From Trichoplax adhaerens (lineage: Eukaryota; Animalia; Placozoa), in contig NW_002060945.1 of the NCBI RefSeq assembly GCF_000150275.1, positions 6,997,607 to 7,061,606 on the forward strand: DNA of 64,000 nucleotides, read 5' to 3'. The translations under genes were made by a program, and so were the position numbers. Position 1 is the stretch's first letter. Each line of letters starts with the position of its first letter. This document shows, one piece after another, positions 55,035 through 64,000 of the stretch. The notes beneath the pieces were generated by a model that saw only the letters and a list, made by a program, of their open reading frames with translations, had not been told where the DNA came from and searched no databases.

Positions 55035-58000
55035 TTACTTATCGGTAGCAATGGAAGGGATAGTTTTTGCTTTATTGTCTTCACCTTTCCAAAGTCCATA
55101 AGCCTTACCAGGAACAGTTTGCCATAAACGCACTGTTCCGTCCTCCGATCCAGACGAGTATAGTTCGGAATCGGGAGAAAAATTAACACAGTGAACTGGA
55201 CCAAAGTGTCCTTTATAAGATTCTATATAAATAATTATAATAATCACTTTAAAACAAGTCATTTGCAATATCATTAAAGCATAAAGATAACTTTGACATA
55301 CCTAATTCTATTCCAGTTTCATAATCAATTTTATACAATTTAAAATCTTCACCTCCAGCAACAATGCAAGATTTATCTTTATGTAAAGATGCCGAATTGA
55401 GCGAAACAGGCCATTTAATATCTTTAACCAATTTTAAACTAAAGAAAAAAATACCGTGATATGTATAATTACCCGTTATAGTGGTGTATGCTAAACTCGA
55501 TAGATTATTATTTTAGATGATATAAAAATTTATTGGATTAATATCTTGAACTCTATGCAAAAGATGAGATGCAATAAGCACGTTGGCCAGCTTAGATCCG
55601 TTAAAGTAAGCTACACAGTTGCTGTACTTAGGGTAAAAGCCATAAAATGATAATTACCTCGTGGCATTATATATCGCTATCGTATTTCCATAGGTTGCTA
55701 ACAGCAAATCATAGCTATGAGACAGCTCTAAACTAGTAATAGGAGAGTCTACCAAGACCTGTTTAAATTCTGCTCTATTTCTTGTATCCCAGATTCTAAT
55801 CCGAAATGATAACGATATAATCAATTAATTTTATGCGATAAAGTAATCAATCCCTCTGGAATATTGCATATTCACTGGCTTAAAATAGCACTTAATAACA
55901 CCGAATAATTAAATATTTAAATATATCATCTGTGACAAAAGCCTAACTTTTTCGTTAGAAAGTTCGTCATAATTGTAATTAAGAAATATTAAACATCGTG
56001 AATAGTCATCATTTTTATTGGTGATCATATCTACCTTATTGTCTTATCCTCACTACCACTGATTATCATGTATTCATTAAGCCATAAAGAAGATTTGATG
56101 CTAGCGGTGTGTCCCTCTAAGGAGAAATAGTCTATTGACAGAAAATTATTGTGCAGTATTTAATAACAAGCGAGCGCAATGGTATAATGAATGGCTAACT
56201 CTCCAATAGCGAAATAGAATTTTTTCTATACAGTTAAACCCTACCACTTTTACTTTATGAAATCATGATCTGTATAAAATGAATGACTTTGATCAAGTAT
56301 TTGATAAAACTTGTGGACTGATCGAAAGAAGGATTCACGTGATACGACTTTATACTGTAGGAAAGTAATAAATACTATTTGCAAATGAACTATAACAAGA
56401 AATACCTACCGTCATCATTAACCTTTAAATCAAATACTTTGAGCAATTTTTCATTGCTGGCAGTTAATAATTTCTTGCAATCCTAAGAGAGGGATACAAT
56501 TATCTTATAGTAAGTATTTATTCATTTTACTGCATTTAAAATTCATCATAAATAATAACATAGACAGTCTGTCAGTTGAGGCTTTTTTTTATCGCTACTT
56601 ACGTATGAAAAATCGACACTTTTAACGATATGCTTATGTTCCAAAGTTTGAAGTAAATCACCAGTAACAGTGTCCCACACCTTCCTAATTAACACACACA
56701 TTTAACCGTGTAAGCATTTTTAATACTAAATTTTTTTGATTCTATGTCTAATTACAACTAGATTAATCTTGTAGTCGGTGCGGCATGCATTATTGCCGCT
56801 GCATTATTATAATAGTACTATATCCTTCTTGGTCTTTTATGTATAAACTACTGAATAAACTAGGATTGAATCCTAGCAGATGGGCATACTCTATGCATAC
56901 GCGTATAATGAAAATAAAATTTAAGGTACGGTAATTTTGTATTTACGCGTATACAAGACTATATGTCATTGGGTTATAAATAAATTGCTAGGTATAATAA
57001 GGAAGCAGTTAAGTCAACCGTAATGAAGTATTGGCTGATATACTATATACTACAGCTCAGTGGATTAATCGCATCCTATCTATAATTGTCAATGTATTCT
57101 ACTATTTGATAATACAATTTATCTACTGTATGTACTTACGCTGTATAATCTGCAGAAGCCGAAGCAGCTCGAAAGCTATCTTTACTTAAGGTAACACCCC
57201 AGACAGCTCCTTTATGTCCGTGAAATGTCCCAATCCAATCGCCTGTTTCGCCTTTTCTTAGCATTGGGTGGCCAGCTAATGAATGAAAGCATCATCATCC
57301 TTTGTTAATGAATTGGTTGGTATCAGCAGCAAGTGCACCTACAGCATCAATCAATAACTACTCGCATACAACAAATTCATATACCGAAAGATGAAGCAGA
57401 AAAAATGATCATTCATTTTCAGAGTCATTACTGAGTCTATAAAACTCTAGACAAAAATATCCATATCAAGTATCATGCATACTCCTGCTCCTTCACTATC
57501 AGCATAATATGCAAGCATTGCAGACTGTAAATTTGCGTCAATCTACGGGCATGATCACCAATATTGGAAAAAGGAGTTTGATTGATGATCATTTTATTCT
57601 GTTCATTGTAATTCATCGAATGAAAGATGGCATGAAAAATTGCTATATAAGGTCCTGTATATTGTAACAAAAACTACTTGAATAGTCCCCTGAGACTGTA
57701 CTAAGTGTTACTCTAAATCAATCGTGTCATATCTTTCTTGCATGCTATTGCAAAATGGAAATATCTTTCAACAAATTTCAATCACGCGAATAACTTGACT
57801 GATGATTGAAAAGAGTTCAATGATCGTAGCTGTACTGTACAGTATGTTAAATTGTCTATCCTGGTACAGTACAGTACTGCCTACTGTAACATCTATACAG
57901 TTGTATATACTGTTCTACTGTACAATAGCACAGTATACTACTGACCTTTACATCCACTGATCATGAAATAACCTTCAGATGTTAAGCCACTGTGAGCCAA

Positions 58001-58060
58001 GCAAATTACAGGTCTAGTGTGTCCACTACAAGTTAGAGAAACTTGTTTAGAATAAGTCAT
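55035..58060 (-). CDS. STRAP: serine-threonine kinase receptor-associated protein (UNRIP, WD40; SMN-complex component), multi-exon
   Basis: Exon 1 58060-57946 ([19 protein letters not shown]), then [45 protein letters not shown], and [44 protein letters not shown]. Stop at 55035. Confidence 0.95.
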
Positions 58061-58139
58061 CCTTGAATTTTGACGCTTTTTACTTAATAACTAATATAAT
58101 TCAATGTAGAATGGCCGACAAGAAGTCCAAAGAGGAAGG

Positions 58140-58626
58140 CAAAGACAGCGCTGGTGCATCCAATTCAACACCAGGTAGAACAGAGTCTGCGCAATAGACT
58201 CCTTGGTGTCGGTTGTTTTGCATTGGTCACTCCAAGAGACCCTTTAGTTCGGTACCGTACCGGCAACGACAGCGCTGGTACATCCAATTCAACACCAGGT
58301 AGAATAGAGTCTGCGCAATAGACTCCTTGGTGTCGGTTGTTTTGCATTGGTCACTCCAAGAGACCCTTTAGTTCAGTACCGTACCGGCAACGACAGCGCT
58401 GGTACATCCAATTCAACACCAGGTAGAATAGAGTCTGCGCAATAGACTCCTTGGTGTCGGTTGTTTAGCATTGCTCACTCCAAGACCCTTCAGTTCGGTA
58501 CCGTACCGACAAAGACAGCGCTGGTACATCCAATTCAACACCAGGTAGAATAGAGTCTGCGCAATAGACTGCTTGGTGTCGGTTGTTTTGCATTGCTCAC
58601 TCCGAGACCCTTTAGTTCGGTACCGG
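58140..58626. repeat. tandem array, 4 x ~124 bp, hairpin-rich unit
   Basis: Units start at 58140, 58264, 58388, 58510 and are nearly identical. Core: GACAGCGCTGGTACATCCAATTCAACACCAGGTAGAATAGAGTCTGCGCAATAGACTCCTTGGTGTCGGTTG. Confidence 0.95.
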
Positions 58627-59129
58627 GTCTGGCCTATTGCTCATCTTGCAGTAACCAAGCGATAGTACAGCGTTCCGTACAGTAGAGTACAGCATAGTGA
58701 TTTGGTAGTCAAGCTTGGATACGCTAAGTGTCAGGCTTGACAACCTGCACTATCCAAGGGTGTCAAACTGGTCTAGAACTCGATATGAATGATACTGTAT
58801 GGATTTTCTATTGCCTACTAGGTATGGTATGGCACAGTGGTGCGACACGTCAGGCAGTCAAGTTGTTACACCACCATATTGTGCAAAACCAACCTATACT
58901 GTACAGTGCACAGTAATAACAGTATACAGTATACAGTAGTGTATGTGTGTATGACAAGAAGTAGAGGTGGTGATGCGGTAAGGTGGCAAATGTACTGCCT
59001 GAGTGCCTTCCAAGCCTTACTGGTCATGGCATAGGGGGTGCCACTCCGGTTGATACGCGTTGATACCTGGCTCTAAAGGAATTTTATAATAGTTTATATA
59101 ACTAAAGTTCCCCACTAACATCATGTGAT

Positions 59130-59211
59130 GTAGTCGTGGCCGAGCGGTTAAGGCGATAGACTAGAAATCTATTGGGGTCTCCCCGCGCAGGTTCGAATCC
59201 TGCCGACTACG
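59130..59211 (+). tRNA. tRNA-Ser(AGA)
   Basis: 82 nt. Acceptor stem GTAGTCG/CGACTAC, A-box TGGCCGAGCGG, anticodon arm ATAGA-CTAGAAA-TCTAT, long variable arm GGGG-TCT-CCCC, T arm GCAGG-TTCGAAT-CCTGC, followed by an oligo-T Pol III terminator. Confidence 0.97.
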
Positions 59212-59936
59212 TGTTTTTTTATTCTAACCGGTGTCGAAGTACAGTATAGTACCCATACCAGTCTAAAAGTCCTACTCTCAACGCAGTAATAAGATTTTTT
59301 TTTTTGACTAGAAATCTATTTGGGTCTCCCCACGCGGGTTCGAATCCTGCCGACTACGTGCTTTTTTTTATTCTAACCAGTACTGTCTAAGCATAGTATA
59401 GTACCCATACCAGTCTGAAAGTCCTAGTCTCAAGGCAGTAATAAGATTTCTTTTTCTTTTTTGACTAGAAATCTATTGGGGTCTCCCCGCGCAGGCTCGA
59501 ATCCTGCCCACTACGTGCTTTTTTTTTTTATTCTAACCAGTACTGTCTAAGTACAGTATAGTACCCATACTAGTCTGAAAGTCCTAGTCTCAACTCAGTA
59601 ATAAGATTTCTTTTTCTTTTTTGACTAGAAATCTATTGGGGTCTCCCCGCGCAGGTTCGAATCCTGCGCGGGGAGATGCTTTTTTTTATTCTAACCAGTA
59701 CTATCTAGGTATAGTATAGTACCCATACCAGTCTGAAAGTCCTAGTCTCAACGCAGTAATAAGATTTCTTTTTCTTTTTTGACTAGAAATCTATTGGGGT
59801 CTTCCGGCGCAGGTTCGAATCCTGCCGACTACATGCTTTTTTTTATTCTAACCAGTACTGTCTAAGCATAGTATAGTACCCATACCAGTCTGAAAATCCT
59901 AGTCTCAACGCAGTAATAAGATTTCTTTTTCTTTTT
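59159..59936 (+). repeat. tandem array, 5 x ~150-160 bp; each unit = 3' half of tRNA-Ser + terminator + flank (four truncated tRNA copies)
   Basis: Units start with GACTAGAAATCTAT at 59159, 59306, 59463, 59623, 59781. Only the first unit is part of an intact tRNA. Confidence 0.95.
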
Positions 59937-60199
59937 AATTTTTGATAGCCCGGCTCGGTACGGTACGGCGCGGTACGGTACAATACTGCACTTCACAGTC
60001 GAATACTCCTTGGATAGACGCTTCTATTGTCCGTTCCATTATCCAGAGTACTGTACGATACAAGAGTTGGAACCAGTCTTTCTGCTGTATTGGCGGCCAT
60101 CTTGGTGTTACACGTGCTGCTAAGTAAGTGCAACCTTGGTAATCAAGTGAGAAAGAAGCGCCATTTATTCCTGACTGCAATATCCAATAAGAAATAAAC

Positions 60200-61764
60200 A
60201 TGGCTTATCATGGAAGGGTTAAGAAAGTAATGATCCAACCGATCGTATCCTTTTACACTGTTTCTCGTTGATAGCAATGCTGCATTGGATACTTTGTAGT
60301 CAACGTTACCTTTTGATCTGTTGGAGAAGAAACGCTGCGCTCGCGCAATCTCCTGTACAAAGGCATCAATCAGTTTGAACATGTTAACTAGCCAAGCTAA
60401 GGTTTTAATAAATTTCTTCTTTCGATAGTGAGTGGATAATATGTATTGAATCGTGCATGGTAGCATGACGTAGAATACACACTGTACAATCGATAAAATG
60501 ATGGAACGTACAATGGTACAAGCTAAGCTGATTTTGACTACTGTACTGCGTGATAGTTTACCACAGGCTGTTGTAATAGCAACGTACTCCAATAGCCACC
60601 ATGATCGATGTTAAGAGAGCATTGTCCATCCCCACTGTCTCATTTCTCTTTAGTCCAATCGTCGCTTAAAAGACCAGTTTCAAGTACTTGTACTATGCAA
60701 GCTTTTGGTTATCATCCTTCTTTCAGTAAGCAACGCTTCAATGACCTTACTTTTTGCTTGCTTGCTTGCTTGCTTTGGACAAGAATTGCAGCTCACACGA
60801 TGCTATATAGATACAGTAATTGTCTTAGGAGAACCATTCTTCATTCCCTAAATTGACTTGAAGATAAACTAGGATAAATGATCAACTGGTAGTAAGAGAT
60901 ACGGTACAAAATAGAATTGTTCGATCCACGAGGCAAGTATCCTTTAATGAATACATAGAGAGGAGAGCATCATCGACTGTATTTTATTGACGTACTGTAT
61001 AAATCAATCTTGCATACCTGTACATCGATCAAGCGTTCATTTGAATTACCATTGCCACATAAACAGTTACACTACAGTCTTCCAAGAATTGCCTAAAATG
61101 GCACTCTACTAATTATAGCAACTTTATAAATACACGTGTAATTTTTTCAAAATTAAATGTCATGATCATATCATTCCTTAACTCTATTCTAACTTGATTA
61201 AAAAAGAATGTGATCTTTCGGTTCCTCCAAAATGTAAGTGGAAAATATGTAATTGAGCTACAATATGAACTTGCAATAGAAAAGAATGGTTAACGGAATG
61301 CTTGCTAATTTAAAAAATCATGTTGCCTATCTCTATATGAGATACAAACAGAAACGGTTAAGTGCATATTTGCTGTGGAGAGTCCAAAATTATTAACGGC
61401 AAATTCAATTATCTTGTGATTTATCTCAGAAAACTAGGGTTCAAATTTGGCTTTATGAACAAACTAATACGAGAATAGAAGGATACATATTGGTTAGTTG
61501 AAATAATTAGCCTATTTTACCTCACTTTTGACCAAGAATACTAGTTTAAAAAATATTTTATTGTTAGGGATTTGATGAGTACATGAATTTAGTATTGGAC
61601 GATGCCGCTGAAGTTAGCATAAAAAATAATCAAAGAAGACCTATAGGTAAATACTAAGAGATGACTTATTAGCTTTTCTTTACTCTAATAATTTTCTTAT
61701 ATTACTTTCAGGTCGTATTCTATTAAAAGGAGATAATATTTCTCTCATTACTGGCGCCCAATAA
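60200..61764 (+). CDS. SNRPE: small nuclear ribonucleoprotein E (SmE), 5 exons; absent from the ORF track
   Basis: Exons 60200-60244, 61207-61233, 61430-61492, 61568-61646, 61712-61764 translate to [88 protein letters not shown]. Confidence 0.97.
60245..61206 (+). other. U12-type (minor spliceosome) intron 1 of SNRPE, GT-AG subtype
   Basis: 5' splice site GTATCCTTT at 60245, branch point TTCCTTAAC at 61174-61182, no polypyrimidine tract, AAG acceptor at 61206. It falls at the QPI|N position where vertebrate SNRPE has its U12 intron. Confidence 0.92.
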
Positions 61765-63256
61765 TATTCATGATTGTATACAACCAATTCCATGTTGTTT
61801 ATAGACCATTATATAACTTAAACTACGTCAATTAAATACAATGTTAATAGCTTGATAAATTAGCCTCCTGCACACCCTGCGGCTTGAATGTAGGGCTACA
61901 TGTATTTGTAGATTATAAAAATGTCCAAATGCAATAATCAAGTCCTGCCGGCACTTTAAGAAAGGATAGGGATCGTATATGGCATTAACTGTTGAGTATC
62001 GTCGTCCCTAATCTATTTCGTTGAGTAATAAATTGTTATTATAACCCCGACCCATCCTTTTAATTGTTTAGTGTGGCAATTTTACTTGTACTGCATTTGC
62101 AATCAAATTGGTGTACGTTAATATTAACTAGATAGCACTGTCTTCCCATTTTTTCTCTTTTATATTGTATTAGCTGACTGCTTTTTTGTAATTAGTTGTC
62201 AACTCTATTCATAAGAATAAAATATCAAAGATTGACAATGATGAAAAAGTTGATATAAAATGCTAATCGTACGAACTTTTAACTTAAGGATAAGTACTGC
62301 ACGTTATCATACAGTATGCACTTAAAATTACATACTGTATGTATTCACGATATTGAAACCGTCATATAATAACAACTCATCGTTGTTTTAATGATATTAT
62401 ATAGCGAAAACGGTTGCCTGCTGATTAAGATTTTACAATGAAATTAACAAATTGATTGAATTCATCGCAATCACAAGACTACAAAATCGACAGTGCAATA
62501 CTGCATACCCGTGTTTAGTGTAATCTACAGTATAGCTATGATGACACTTTTACACTAGGACTTCTACTAACACAATGTAATGATGCAATACTTTAAGACT
62601 AAAATGGCGGATAACTTAAATATAAATACCAGTCCATGCTTAAATACAGTAAATGACAGATACAAATACCCAGTAAGATGACAGCTAGCCACAGTGAGAT
62701 TTCTCGTATATGTGAATGAAATCCTTAAAATTAAATGACTTTCGATAGCACTGTTTACTATATGTTTACATTCACATATTAAGAAAAATTACTGAGTTCT
62801 CAAAATTGAAATCATTTTATTTTGACATAAATCGAATTATAAAAATGCGATTTACAGCTACAGTGCGTACTTTAAAAGTAATACAACCATCCAGTTGAGA
62901 GTACATTCTGATCATAACTAGTTATCGGGTACATGCAATTAATTAAATTATTATATTAAAAGATGCTAATGTTTGCGGACCAATTTTCATCATATCAACC
63001 ACTGATTGTAGATTTCAAAATTTTTAACATAACTAAACAACGCAACAGTTACAGTACTGAGTAAATTTATCCATAATAAAATAAAGAGCGACTCTAACCA
63101 GATTATGATTAAACGCTGTAAGCTTCAAATTCGCGATTTAACTACTTGCATGATACTATACAAAAATCAAATAGTTGCGATATTCTATCAAAATATCGAT
63201 AGCAAAAGCTTTGAGCGCCCTAGAAAAAGTAATGCAGTGGAATTTCTCTCGTTGCC

Positions 63257-63930
63257 TTATGATTGAATAAATCTTCTAAAAAGGGTAGCACCCCGTCTAA
63301 TCTGACCCTGCATAAGAAAAATTCTCAGCATTATTTTACTATTTATTATAAGGAGTTTACACGGAATATCTGTGAAGTTTACCTCGCTACGTAAAGATGC
63401 CATGCAGTCTTGCCAACTTGAATAGAATACCATATTAGGAGGAGCACCAGCTGCAAGGCTACAACGCAGGCATGAAAATTCTCATATCATGACACGTAAT
63501 AAAATGCAATTAGTTACTATAGAGCGCAGGGTCTTACCCACAGTTATTCACAGCCATAACGTTAGATACCAAATTAAGTGGATAAGTTATGTAACCGGCA
63601 ATATACTAATAAAGGTACAAAGCGATAGCTCAGTAATGAAAGTAAAAATAAGTTATATAGCGTAGTTTAAGTCTATCACTTACGTTAGAAACTGCTTGCA
63701 AATACAATTGATTTTCCTTCTTGCCTCCAATCTAATGATTAGAATAAATAGCATTAAAGCATACGATCCATTAATTTCTATCATAAGTATAAGCAAGTTC
63801 ATTAATTATCATAATAAGGTGAATTTAGCGCTATCTTACGCTTGTAACAATATATTTCTGGGTCACGTATAGCACTATATTGTATAACCAAACTGACATA
63901 AATTCGGCTACAAGTCTTGGAACAAAACCC
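63257..63930 (-). CDS. MTCH2: mitochondrial carrier homolog 2, last 5 exons (5' part outside window); absent from the ORF track
   Basis: Exons 63930-63840, 63731-63684, 63605-63538, 63458-63383, 63307-63257 encode GFVPRLVAEFMSVWL..YIAGYITYPLNLVSNVMAVNNCGLAAGAPPNMVFYSSWQDCMASLRSEGQIRRGATLFRR-stop. Confidence 0.9.
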
Positions 63931-64000
63931 CTATAATGGTTGAATTAAAATTTTTAAGTACAATTATTCTTGCACGATAATTTTATGAAACTTATTCAAT

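Noticed and set aside
58140-58626. 124-bp unit as a hammerhead ribozyme, IRE or spliceosomal snRNA
   Set aside because: No CUGANGA/GAAA core, no CAGUGN loop, and no Sm site or recognisable U11/U12/U4atac/U6atac sequence on either strand.
58140-59936. The two tandem arrays as CRISPR arrays or prophage att-site duplications
   Set aside because: Units are repeated in full with no unique spacers, there is no cas or integrase gene, and the context is eukaryotic.
60495-60540. Possible box C/D snoRNA (ATGATGG...CTGA with AAAAT/ATTTT ends) in SNRPE intron 1
   Set aside because: Only ~40 nt long with an imperfect box C, too short for a C/D snoRNA.
60143-60592. 149-aa minus-strand ORF overlapping SNRPE exon 1 and intron 1
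   Set aside because: Non-ATG start, no recognisable domain, and antisense to a well-supported gene. It cannot be fully excluded without RNA data.

Overview
AT-rich, intron-rich eukaryotic (animal) genomic DNA with short GT-AG introns. The compact gene structure and composition suggest an early-branching metazoan, possibly a placozoan such as Trichoplax (inference, not verified). I reconstructed 11 protein-coding genes by hand: a DUSP-fold probable pseudophosphatase, UFSP1, PIH1D1, PRR5/Protor, PPP6R (SAPS), intronless HADHB, IBA57, an intronless FAXC/metaxin-like GST, YJU2, STRAP and SNRPE (SmE). The window also holds the 3' part of MTCH2 and one tRNA-Ser(AGA). Highlights: (1) SNRPE intron 1 is a U12-type intron containing a second perfect U12 donor plus an upstream U12-like branch point/acceptor, defining a candidate 73-nt stop-containing 'poison' exon flanked by two minor-class introns. 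(2) Palindromic ACAGT/ACTGT tracts cluster at most gene 5' ends and may act as a lineage-specific promoter mark. (3) The STRAP-SNRPE divergent interval carries two tandem arrays: 4x ~124-bp hairpin-rich units, and 5x ~157-bp units built from the 3' half of the tRNA. Exon coordinates and homologies come from manual reading and remembered family motifs, not database searches.
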